Source: an uncultured Solirubrobacterales bacterium (lineage in GTDB: Bacteria; Actinomycetota; Thermoleophilia; Solirubrobacterales; 70-9). Taken from it: a DNA stretch of 64,000 nt. A program made the translations under genes and the position numbers. The stretch is from the NCBI GenBank assembly GCA_963774555.1, contig CAVZFL010000001.1:357127-421126 (forward strand), read 5' to 3'. Under the pieces are notes generated by a model. That model was not told where the DNA came from. It did not search any database and was given only the letters and a program-made list of their open reading frames with translations. Numbering within the stretch: position 1 is the first letter of the stretch; each line of letters begins with the position of its first letter. This document shows, one piece after another, positions 13,888-21,494 of the stretch.

Positions 13888-14997
13888 TCAGACGTTGAGG
13901 CGGATCGGCATCACCAGGTAGCGGAAGTCTTCGTTGTCGACCGGCTGCAGGAGGCCGGGGCGCAGCGGCGAGATCAGGCGCAGCAGCACCTCGTCGCCCT
14001 CGACGCTTTCGATGCCCTCGCGCAGAAAGTCGGGGTTGAAGCCGATCTCCAGCGGCTCGCCCTCGAAGGCCGCGGGCATCGTCTCTTCGGCGTCGCCGAC
14101 GTCCGGTGTCGATGCGGCGACCGTCAGCTCGCCGGAGGCGAAGGAGAGGCGCAGCGGCGCGTTGCGCTGGGCCAGCTGGCTGACCCGGCGGGTCACGTCG
14201 AGGAACTCCTCGCGGGGCAGGCGCACGTCGTGCTCGTAGGACTCCGGCAGCAGTTGTCGAAAGTTTGGGAACTGGCCCTCGATCAGCCTCGTGTTGAGGA
14301 CGATCTCCCCCGCCCTGAAGACGGCCTGGTTGCGCTGCAGCGCAACCGACACCGACTCGACCCCTCCGGCCGAGACGATCCGGCCCAGCTCGCGCAGCGC
14401 CTTGGCCGGGATGTTCGCCTCGAGCTCGCCACCGATCGGCTGCTCCAGCTCGGTCCGCTTCACCGCCAGCCGGTAGGAGTCGGTGGCGACCATCGTCATC
14501 TCCGAGCCGGAGGCGTTGACCAGGACGCCGGTCAGCACAGGGCGCATGTCGTCGCGCGAGGCGGCGCGGGCCACCAGCTCCACGGTTGCCGCCAGGGCGG
14601 TGGCCGGGATCGCCAGCGGCTCGCCCTCCTCGTCGGGGAAGGTCGGGAAGTCCTCGCTGGAAAGGACGCGCAGGTGGAAGCTCGAGCCGCCGCTGCGGAT
14701 CTCGACGTCGCGCTCGCTCTCGCGCTGCTCGATCTCGACCACCGGGTCGCCGAGCGAGCGGGCGAGCTCAGCCAGCAGTCGTCCCGGCAGCAGGACCGTG
14801 CCGCCGCCGTCCTCGACCTCGGCGGCGAGGTTGGTCTTCAGGCCCATCTCGAGATCGGTGGCGCTGAGGGTGACCGTCCCGTCCTCGGCATTGAGCAGGA
14901 TCCCTGAGAGAGCCTGGGTCGCGGCCCGGGTCGATACGGCCCTGGAGACAATCGAGAGCTTTGCGACGAGCTCGTCACGTTTCGTTTTCAGCTTCAA
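13888..14997 (-). CDS. dnaN: DNA polymerase III beta sliding clamp
   Basis: Intact 369-aa ORF, MKLKTKRDELVAKLSIVSRAVSTRAATQALSGILL...LVMPIRLN. Confidence 0.95.
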   Translation of the reverse strand: MKLKTKRDELVAKLSIVSRAVSTRAATQALSGILLNAEDGTVTLSATDLEMGLKTNLAAEVEDGGGTVLLPGRLLAELARSLGDPVVEIEQRESERDVEIRSGGSSFHLRVLSSEDFPTFPDEEGEPLAIPATALAATVELVARAASRDDMRPVLTGVLVNASGSEMTMVATDSYRLAVKRTELEQPIGGELEANIPAKALRELGRIVSAGGVESVSVALQRNQAVFRAGEIVLNTRLIEGQFPNFRQLLPESYEHDVRLPREEFLDVTRRVSQLAQRNAPLRLSFASGELTVAASTPDVGDAEETMPAAFEGEPLEIGFNPDFLREGIESVEGDEVLLRLISPLRPGLLQPVDNEDFRYLVMPIRLNV

Positions 14998-15180
14998 CTG
15001 GTGGTATGCCTTCTTGAGTTGGATTAGGACTTGTGGAAAAGCGCGAGACAGCCCCGAATTCCGCTTGGCTTGAGGCTTGGCGGGTTGTGGAGCGGTCTGT
15101 GGGAAGTCATTGATTCTTACAGTGGCGTCGGCCGTCAGGCGGAGCCTGTGGACGTGGTGTGGATTGCGGCGCGGAGTTTG
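14998..15180. promoter_or_regulatory. candidate oriC: DnaA-box cluster in the dnaA-dnaN spacer
   Basis: Five same-orientation TGTGGA/TGTGGG-type boxes: 15032-15040 TGTGGAAAA, 15086-15094 TGTGGAGCG, 15098-15106 TGTGGGAAG, 15147-15155 TGTGGACGT and 15158-15166 TGTGGATTG. A locally AT-richer patch is present (TCATTGATTCTTACAGT). Gene strand polarity flips around this region. Confidence 0.6.
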
Positions 15181-16458
15181 TCAACCCGCGCGAGCGAGGG
15201 CGTCGTCCTCGTCGAAGCGGGCTTCGACCCGGCGGATCGAGTTGAGCACGGTGGAGTGATCGCGACCGCCGTAGAGGCGGCCGATCTGGGGTAGAGAGAG
15301 GTCGGTGAGCTCGCGGGTGAGGTAGATCGCGACTTGGCGCGCCCGCAGCGGGGTCGCGGCCCGGGTCGAGCCGACAAGCTCGGCGCGGGAGATGCCGAAG
15401 GCGACGGCGACGCGCTGCTGGATCTCCTCCACCGGCGAGGACCCCTGCGAGCGCGAGGACTTGGGCACGACCGCGTCGATCAGCTCGGTGCTGAGCGGCT
15501 TGGCGGTCAGCGAGGCGTGCGCGAGGACGCGGGTGAGGGCGCCGTGGAGCTGGCGCACGTTGACGTCGATACGGCGGGCCAGCTCGGTCAGCACATCGCC
15601 CTCGGTGTCGATCCCGGCCTCGCGGACGAGGCGCCGTAGGACGGTTAGGCGGGTCGCGAGGTTGGGTGGCTCGACCGCCACGGTGAGGCCCCACTCGAAG
15701 CGGTCGCGCAGACGCGACTCCAGGGTCGAGAGCTCGCTCGGAATGCGGTCGGCGGAGAGGACGAGCTGGCTGCCCCCTTCATAGAGGGCGTTGAAGGTGT
15801 GGAAGAACTCATCCTCGGTGTGGCGCTTGCCCTCGAGAAACTGGACGTCGTCGACGAGCAGCACGTCGAGGTCGCGGTAGCGGCGCTTGAACTCCTCGGC
15901 CCCAGCGCTGCGCAGTGCCGCGACGAACTCGTTGGTGAAGCGCTCGGCCGTTGTGTAGCGGACGTTGAGGGCGGGCGCGTTGGCGGCAAGGTAGTTGGCG
16001 ATCGCGACCAGGAGGTGGGTCTTGCCGAGCCCGGGCGGGCCGTGCAGGAAGAGCGGGTTGTAGGCCTCCGACGGCGCCTCGGCCACGGCCAGGGCGGCGG
16101 CGTGAGCGAGGCGGTTCCCCTCGCCGATCACGAAGCGGTCGAAGGTGTAGCTGACGTTTAGCTCGAAGTCGATCTCTCCCGAGCCGCCGTCGGGCGTCTC
16201 TCCCTCGGCGACGAAGTGGACCTCGTCGAGGCCTGAGGCCTGGTCGAGCGCGTCGCGAATCAGCCCCGTGTAACGGCGTTCGGCCCAGGCGCGAACGCCA
16301 TCGGGGGCGGAGAGGTAGAGGATCGCGCCGCGGGTGCCGACGGGTTCCAGCGGCTCGAGCCAGAGCTCGAATGTGGAGGGTGGCACCGAGGCGCGCAGGC
16401 GGCTCTGCGCGTTGCGCCAGAGGGAGTCGAGATCGCGTTTGGCCGTGCCATCGTCCAC
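15181..16458 (-). CDS. dnaA: chromosomal replication initiator DnaA
   Basis: The track ORF runs to 16626 but overlaps rpmH. The probable GTG start at 16458 gives [18 protein letters not shown]. It has an AAA+ Walker A ([11 protein letters not shown]) and a C-terminal DnaA-box binding domain ([12 protein letters not shown]). Confidence 0.93.
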   Translation of the reverse strand: MDDGTAKRDLDSLWRNAQSRLRASVPPSTFELWLEPLEPVGTRGAILYLSAPDGVRAWAERRYTGLIRDALDQASGLDEVHFVAEGETPDGGSGEIDFELNVSYTFDRFVIGEGNRLAHAAALAVAEAPSEAYNPLFLHGPPGLGKTHLLVAIANYLAANAPALNVRYTTAERFTNEFVAALRSAGAEEFKRRYRDLDVLLVDDVQFLEGKRHTEDEFFHTFNALYEGGSQLVLSADRIPSELSTLESRLRDRFEWGLTVAVEPPNLATRLTVLRRLVREAGIDTEGDVLTELARRIDVNVRQLHGALTRVLAHASLTAKPLSTELIDAVVPKSSRSQGSSPVEEIQQRVAVAFGISRAELVGSTRAATPLRARQVAIYLTRELTDLSLPQIGRLYGGRDHSTVLNSIRRVEARFDEDDALARAG

Positions 16459-16578
16459 CAGCGGCCGACCATAGCGGCGGCTGGCAGAGGCGAGATCAGC
16501 CCGCCCCGCAAATGCCGCAAGAAAAGATTCCGGCTTGGGCGACCGTGGACGAGGCGCGTCCGTATACTGCGACGGCCG

Positions 16579-16713
16579 ATGAAGAGGACCTACCAGCCGA
16601 AGAAGCGGAAGCGGGCAAAGACGCACGGGTTTCGGGCGCGAATGAGCACGCGCGGTGGCCGGGCGATTCTCAAGCGCCGCCGCCGCAAAGGCCGGAAGCG
16701 CCTCACTCCCTAG
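16579..16713 (+). CDS. rpmH: 50S ribosomal protein L34
   Basis: Below the track size cutoff. Hand translation gives [44 protein letters not shown], followed by a stop. Confidence 0.95.
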   Translation: MKRTYQPKKRKRAKTHGFRARMSTRGGRAILKRRRRKGRKRLTP

Positions 16714-17082
16714 ATGGCCGCGAAGCGCCGCCGGCTCTCGCGCAGCGGTGAGTTCGACCGCGTCTATCGCGACGGATCCTCACATGCGACCCGCTACCTC
16801 GTTCTCTACAGCTTCCCCCGCAAAGCGGAGGAGGCCGAGGACTTGAGGCTAGGTGTCTCGGTGAGTCGCAAGGTCGGCGGCGCCGTCGATCGCAACCGGG
16901 TCAAGCGCGTGTTGCGTGAGGCCTTCTGGGGGCTTTCCGAGCGGCTGCCGGCTTCGCACGACTTCGTCCTGGTGGCGAGGCCCGAGATCGGCGAGCTGGT
17001 TGAGCGCGAGGGAAGCGCCGGTGTTCGAGCGAGTATCGAAGAGGCTCTGGCGGCGACGACGAGCGGGAAGCGTTCCACGTGA
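16714..17082 (+). CDS. rnpA: RNase P protein component
   Basis: 122 aa. RLSRSGEFDRVYRDG...GVSVSRKVGGAVDRNRVKRVLREAF (the RNR motif). It lies directly after rpmH. Confidence 0.9.
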   Translation: MAAKRRRLSRSGEFDRVYRDGSSHATRYLVLYSFPRKAEEAEDLRLGVSVSRKVGGAVDRNRVKRVLREAFWGLSERLPASHDFVLVARPEIGELVEREGSAGVRASIEEALAATTSGKRST

Positions 17083-17086
17083 AACG
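17071..17086. promoter_or_regulatory. parS centromere-like site
   Basis: cGTTCCACGTGAAACg matches the ParB/Spo0J site consensus tGTTNCACGTGAAACa at the 14 core positions. It sits at the rnpA/yidD junction, about 2 kb from the candidate oriC. Confidence 0.65.
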
Positions 17087-17351
17087 GTCGCTTTTGGCTC
17101 TGATAGCCGCCTATCGACGCTGGGTCTCGCCCGCGATGCCGCGCCGCTGCCGCTACGAGCCGACTTGCTCGTCCTACGCTGCGGAGTCGATTCGCCGCTT
17201 CGGTGCGGGCCGCGGCACGCTTCTCGCCGGCTGGCGGTTGCTGCGCTGCAACCCGTTCAGCCACGGCGGTTTCGATCCGGTCCCCGATCGCTTCACGCTC
17301 AGGGTGGGGCCGGTCGATCCCGCAGTCCACCACCACGAGGCGCACCCGTGA
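17079..17351 (+). CDS. yidD: membrane protein insertion efficiency factor YidD
   Basis: 90 aa with LIAAYRRWVSPAMPRRCRYEPTCSSYAAESIRRFG...RCNPFSHGGFDPVP. Confidence 0.9.
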   Translation: MKRSLLALIAAYRRWVSPAMPRRCRYEPTCSSYAAESIRRFGAGRGTLLAGWRLLRCNPFSHGGFDPVPDRFTLRVGPVDPAVHHHEAHP

Positions 17352-18100
17352 TCGTCGACGCCAACATCCTGCAGCCGCTGATCGACATCGTCAACTCGGT
17401 CCTCAAGTTCTTCCACGACAACGCCGGGCTGAGCTGGGGGATGTCGATCATCGCCCTGACCATCCTCACCCGGGCGATCCTGATCCCGCTGACCTACAAA
17501 CAGCTGAAGGGGATGCGGGCCATGCAGGCCCTGCAGCCGCAGATCAAAGAGATCCAGGCCAAGTACAAAAACGACAAACAGCGCATGCAGCAGGAGATGA
17601 TGCGCTTCTACCAGGAGAACAAAGTCAACCCCTTTGCCTCCTGCATCCCGCTCCTGGCGCAGCTCCCGGTCTTCTTCACGCTCTTCTCCGTTCTTCGCAA
17701 CGAGCTGCCGGAAGACATCGGCTGCAAGGCCGGGCACTGTGGCTCCGAAGCCTCGTTCCTCTTCATCAACGACCTGACGGCGAAGGCCCACGGCGCGGAA
17801 CTGATCACGCTGCTGATCCTCTACATCGGCACCCAGCTGGTTTCCGGCATGGTGATGTCGGTCACCGCCGACAAAAGCCAGCGCACGATGATGATGCTCC
17901 TGCCCTTCATCTTCGTCCCCTTCATCATCAACTTCCCAGCCGGCCTGATCCTCTACTGGATCACGACCAACTTCTGGACAATGGGCCAGCAGTACACGAT
18001 CCAGCGCCTGATCCCGGCACCGGTGGTGCTTACGCCGGCGGAGGTCAAGGCTGCCAAGCCGCCGCCTCCTTCGCCGAAAAAGAAGAAGAAGCGGCGCTGA
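17348..18100 (+). CDS. yidC: membrane protein insertase YidC (short actinobacterial/Gram-positive type)
   Basis: The GTG start overlaps the yidD stop (GTGA). Sequence includes SWGMSIIALTILTRAILIPLTYKQLKGMRAMQALQPQIKEIQAKYKND...QEMMRFYQENKVNP and a lysine-rich tail. Confidence 0.9.
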   Translation: MIVDANILQPLIDIVNSVLKFFHDNAGLSWGMSIIALTILTRAILIPLTYKQLKGMRAMQALQPQIKEIQAKYKNDKQRMQQEMMRFYQENKVNPFASCIPLLAQLPVFFTLFSVLRNELPEDIGCKAGHCGSEASFLFINDLTAKAHGAELITLLILYIGTQLVSGMVMSVTADKSQRTMMMLLPFIFVPFIINFPAGLILYWITTNFWTMGQQYTIQRLIPAPVVLTPAEVKAAKPPPPSPKKKKKRR

Positions 18101-18101
18101 T

Positions 18102-18243
18102 AGGGACGGTGGGGGTGGCCTTGGGTGGTCCCAAGCACCGGCCTGCGGCCGGTGCTGATTGAGAGCCGCCTTCGGCGGCTGAGAATCACCTTGCCGGGGG
18201 CCGCTTCGCGAGGACCACCCAAGGCCACCCCCACCGTCCCTAC
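18102..18243. repeat. 142-nt palindromic element, family A, copy 1 (31-bp perfect inverted arms)
   Basis: TAGGGACGGTGGGGGTGGCCTTGGGTGGTCC (18102-18132) is the exact reverse complement of 18213-18243. The 80-nt interior contains nested hairpins. The core is shared, in inverted orientation, with 19744-19790. Confidence 0.8.
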
Positions 18244-18427
18244 TCGGGAGCTTTGACTTTCACGGCTCAGTCGAAACGAGGCTTTGGGGCTCGGAAGCGG
18301 CTCCGCAGAGTTGTTCTATGCCGCGAAGCGGCACCTAATTAGCACCGGGCGAAAGCCCGGTGCTTGGGCATCTCCACACCACCCCTCACGGCCCCCTCCC
18401 CGACCCAATCCCGCATAGACTGCCCCC

Positions 18428-18910
18428 ATGGGTGAGACTGTCGATTGGCCGGAGCAGCCTGCGGAGCGGGTTCGGGAGCTTGTGGAGGGGGTGCTTGACG
18501 AGCTCGATCTGGAGGGGGAGGTTGAGGTTGTCGAGGACGAGGAGCGGATTACGGCTTCTATCGATGGGGACGAGGACTTCGGGCTGCTGATCGGGAAACG
18601 GGGGCAGACGATCGACGCGCTGCAGCTTTTGGCTTACCAGGCCGCTTTTCGGGGGCTTCGCGAGCGGAAGCGGGTGGTTGTGGATGCCGCCGGATACCGC
18701 GAGCGCAGGCGGGAGACGCTGACCGCGCGGGCCGATCGGGCGGCGGAGCAGGCGCTGAGCGGTGGGCATTCGGTCGAGATGGACCCGATGAGTGCCCAGG
18801 AGCGGCGGGTGGTGCACGAGCACCTCAAGGATCGTTCCGGGGTCGAGACCTATAGCGAAGGGGACGAGCCGCATCGCTGCGTGGTCGTTGCGCCTTTGGT
18901 GTCTGAGTGA
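18428..18910 (+). CDS. jag: Jag/KhpB-type RNA-binding protein (KH plus R3H domains)
   Basis: 160 aa with LLIGKRGQTIDALQLL (KH-like) and MSAQERRVVHEHLKD...TYSEGDEPHRCVVV (R3H). It occupies the conserved position after yidC. Confidence 0.85.
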   Translation: MGETVDWPEQPAERVRELVEGVLDELDLEGEVEVVEDEERITASIDGDEDFGLLIGKRGQTIDALQLLAYQAAFRGLRERKRVVVDAAGYRERRRETLTARADRAAEQALSGGHSVEMDPMSAQERRVVHEHLKDRSGVETYSEGDEPHRCVVVAPLVSE

Positions 18911-19024
18911 GGGCGTGCCCCGGTAGGGGTTTCGCTTAACTTTTTCGAGCGGCGCTTGCGGCGACAGACGATGGCTGGTGGCGAAAAAGTACAAGACGCT
19001 TCACCCCTACCGGGGCACGCCCTC
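18909..19024 (+). repeat. 116-nt palindromic element, family B, copy 1 (22-bp perfect arms)
   Basis: Arms are GAGGGCGTGCCCCGGTAGGGGT / ACCCCTACCGGGGCACGCCCTC. The conserved AT-rich core blocks TTCGCTTAACTTTTT and AAAAAGTACAAGACGCTTCA are identical to copy 2 (35555-35663). Confidence 0.8.
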
Positions 19025-19696
19025 GACGAGGCGCAGAGGGCGACGATCGCGCTTGTCTTGGAGCTTCTGGAAACTGAGCGGGCGTCGGTCAGCTCCGTCA
19101 CCGACCCGAAGCGGGCCTGGAAGGTTCACGTCGCGGACAGCCTCACCGGACTCGAGATCCCGGCTTTGCGTGAAGCTAAGCGGATCGCTGATATTGGCTC
19201 TGGAGCTGGGTTTCCGGGGCTTGTCCTCGCGGTTGCACTACCCGATGCGAGAGTTGATTTGATCGAGTCGGTGGGCCGTAAGTGCGAGTTCATCCAGCGC
19301 GCGATCGACGCTGCTGCGATCCCAAACGCGCGGGTCATCAACGCCCGCTCCGAGGAGCTCGCCGCGGGTGAGGGCCGAGAGGGCTACGCAGCAGTGACGG
19401 CCCGCGCAGTCGGCCGCCTCTCGACCCTCGCCGAGCTAGCTTCGCCCCTGCTCGCAGAGGGCGGAGTCCTCGTTGCCTGGAAGGGCAAGCGCGACCCGGA
19501 TGAGGAGGCGCAGCTATCCCACGCCTCGAAGCAGCTGGCCATGCAACCCGAGCAAATCCTCCACGTCGGCCCCTACGCCGGCAGCCAGCACCGCCACCTC
19601 CACGTCCTCCGCAAGACTGGCTCAACGCCTTCCAAGCTGCCGCGGCGTCCGGGCATGGCGAAGAAGCGCCCGTACGGATTGCTGTTAGGAAGCTAG
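18956..19696 (+). CDS. rsmG: 16S rRNA (guanine527-N7)-methyltransferase RsmG
   Basis: Motifs VHVADSL, IADIGSGAGFPGLVLA and VTARAV. The N-terminal 20-25 codons of the track ORF lie inside repeat B1, so the true start is uncertain. Confidence 0.85.
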   Translation: MRRQTMAGGEKVQDASPLPGHALDEAQRATIALVLELLETERASVSSVTDPKRAWKVHVADSLTGLEIPALREAKRIADIGSGAGFPGLVLAVALPDARVDLIESVGRKCEFIQRAIDAAAIPNARVINARSEELAAGEGREGYAAVTARAVGRLSTLAELASPLLAEGGVLVAWKGKRDPDEEAQLSHASKQLAMQPEQILHVGPYAGSQHRHLHVLRKTGSTPSKLPRRPGMAKKRPYGLLLGS

Positions 19697-19716
19697 GCGC
19701 AGCGGCGACGTGGTCA

Positions 19717-19842
19717 GGGATCGGGAGGTGCTCCGGTGGAGCCTCGCGAAGCGGCCCCCGGCAAGGTGATCCTCAGCCGCGAAGCGGCACCAAATTCGTG
19801 AGCGAAGCGAACACAGGCTCCACCGGAGCACCTCCCGATCCC
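19717..19842. repeat. 126-nt palindromic element, family A, copy 2 (27-bp perfect arms)
   Basis: GGGATCGGGAGGTGCTCCGGTGGAGCC (19717-19743) is the exact reverse complement of 19816-19842. The interior starts with TCGCGAAGCGGCCCCCGGCAAGGTGATCCTCAGCCGC, which matches the reverse complement of the copy 1 interior with 1 mismatch. Confidence 0.8.
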
Positions 19843-19865
19843 CCCACCGAACTAGTCTGCGCCCC

Positions 19866-20624
19866 ATGGGCATCGTCTACGCGATCTCGAACCAGAAGGG
19901 CGGTGTCGGCAAGACCACGACCGCGGTCAACGTCGCCTCCTGTGTCGCCGCCTCCGGGGCCCAGACCCTGCTCGTCGACCTCGACCCCCAGTGCAACGCC
20001 ACCGTCGCCCTCGGCGGCGAGCGCGACATGCATCCCTCCTCCTATGACTGCCTCACCGGCGAGGTCTCCGTCGCCGAGGCTGCTCGGCCGGCGGGCCCCG
20101 ACAACCTCTGGCTGGTGCCGGCCAACCGCGATCTCGCCGGTGCCGCGGTCGAGCTGCCGCGGATCGAGGGCTCCGAGACGCGGCTGCGCGAACGGCTCGG
20201 CCCGGTCCGCGAGCGCTTCGCCTGCACGCTGCTCGACTGCCCACCCTCGCTCGGCCCGGTCAGCGTCAACGCCCTGACCGCGGCCGACCGTGTGATCGTC
20301 CCCGTCCAGGCCGAGTACCTGGCGCTGGAGGGCTTGGTTCAGTTTCTCGACACGCTGGCGACGATCCGGCGCGAGCTCAACCCGGCGCTGGAGGTGTCGG
20401 GGCTGCTGGTCACCATGCATGACGAGCGCACCCGCCTGGCCCAGGACGTCGAGCGCGAACTGCGCCAGCACTTCCCCGAAATGGTCTTCGAGACGGTCAT
20501 CCCGCGCAGCGTCCGCGTCGCCGAGGCGCCGAGCTATGGTCTGCCCGTGACCGAGCACTCGCCGCAGTCGCGCGGCTCCCAGGCCTACCGCGCGCTTGCC
20601 AAGGAGCTGGTCGCGCGTGGCTAA
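19866..20624 (+). CDS. parA: chromosome partitioning ATPase ParA/Soj
   Basis: 252 aa with the deviant Walker A NQKGGVGKTTTAVN. Confidence 0.95.
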   Translation: MGIVYAISNQKGGVGKTTTAVNVASCVAASGAQTLLVDLDPQCNATVALGGERDMHPSSYDCLTGEVSVAEAARPAGPDNLWLVPANRDLAGAAVELPRIEGSETRLRERLGPVRERFACTLLDCPPSLGPVSVNALTAADRVIVPVQAEYLALEGLVQFLDTLATIRRELNPALEVSGLLVTMHDERTRLAQDVERELRQHFPEMVFETVIPRSVRVAEAPSYGLPVTEHSPQSRGSQAYRALAKELVARG

Positions 20625-21483
20625 GGCGGCCCGGCCCGGCCTCGGCTCCGGCCTCGCGGCGATCCTCCCCGAAGCCGCGGGTGAGGCGGCGGGCGAGCTG
20701 CGCGAGCTGCCGACCGAGCTGATCAAGCCCAACCCGAACCAGCCGCGAACCAAGATCGACCAGGCCTCGCTGGAGGGGCTCGCCTCCTCGATCGAGGCCA
20801 ACGGCGTCGTCCAACCGCTGCTGGTCCGCCCCCTTGCCGACGGCAGCTACGAGCTGATCGCCGGCGAGCGCCGCTGGCGAGCCGCCCAGGCCGCCGGTCT
20901 GGCCAAGGTGCCCGCGGTCGTGCGCGACCAGGAGCTGGCCGAGCGACTGCAGGTCGCGCTGATCGAGAACATGGTTCGCGAGGACCTCAACCCGGTCGAC
21001 GAGGCCCGCGCCTGCGCCACCCTGGTCGACGAGCTCGGCCTCTCCAAGGAGGAGCTGGGCCGCCGTGTCGGCCGCAGCCGCCCCGCCGTCTCCAACCTGA
21101 TCCGCCTGCTCGACCTGCCCGACGAGGCGCTGCAGCTGCTCGAGTCCGGCGAGCTCAGCGAGGGCCACGGTCGCGCCCTGCTCGGCGCCGAGGGCAACGA
21201 CGTCCGCCGCCGCCTCGCCCGCGATGCCGCACGGGGGGGCTGGTCGGTTCGCGAGACGGAGAACAGGGCCAAGCTGGCTGGCCAGCCAAAGAGCGCGGGT
21301 GGGGGTAGGAGACAGCTCGCGCCGGAGGAGGCGGCAGCGCTGCGCGACGCTGCCGACAAGCTCGAGTCCGCCCTCGGCCACGAGGTCAAGCTGCGGCCGA
21401 GGGGAGGGGAGATCTCGATCGAGATCCGCCTCGAGGATCTCGACCAGGCCCTCGCGCTCGCCAGCAGCCTCAGCCGCCGCTGA
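20617..21483 (+). CDS. parB: chromosome partitioning protein ParB/Spo0J
   Basis: Motifs LGSGLAAIL, IKPNPNQPR, GVVQPLLVR, ELIAGERRWRAA. GTG at 20617 is the preferred start (the track gives TTG at 20596). Confidence 0.9.
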   Translation: MAKAARPGLGSGLAAILPEAAGEAAGELRELPTELIKPNPNQPRTKIDQASLEGLASSIEANGVVQPLLVRPLADGSYELIAGERRWRAAQAAGLAKVPAVVRDQELAERLQVALIENMVREDLNPVDEARACATLVDELGLSKEELGRRVGRSRPAVSNLIRLLDLPDEALQLLESGELSEGHGRALLGAEGNDVRRRLARDAARGGWSVRETENRAKLAGQPKSAGGGRRQLAPEEAAALRDAADKLESALGHEVKLRPRGGEISIEIRLEDLDQALALASSLSRR

Positions 21484-21494
21484 GTCCCGCCACC

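Noticed and set aside
15181-16626. Full 481-aa dnaA ORF as listed in the track.
   Set aside because: Its first 56 codons overlap rpmH on the other strand and encode non-conserved Pro/Arg-rich sequence. The conserved DnaA N-terminus starts at GTG 16458.
18102-19842. Palindromic repeat cluster as a CRISPR array or as a small RNA gene of a known class (tmRNA, SRP RNA, RNase P RNA, 6S RNA).
   Set aside because: There are no regularly spaced direct repeats with unique spacers. The units are inverted repeats with differing arms, and no conserved motifs of the named RNA families were recognisable.
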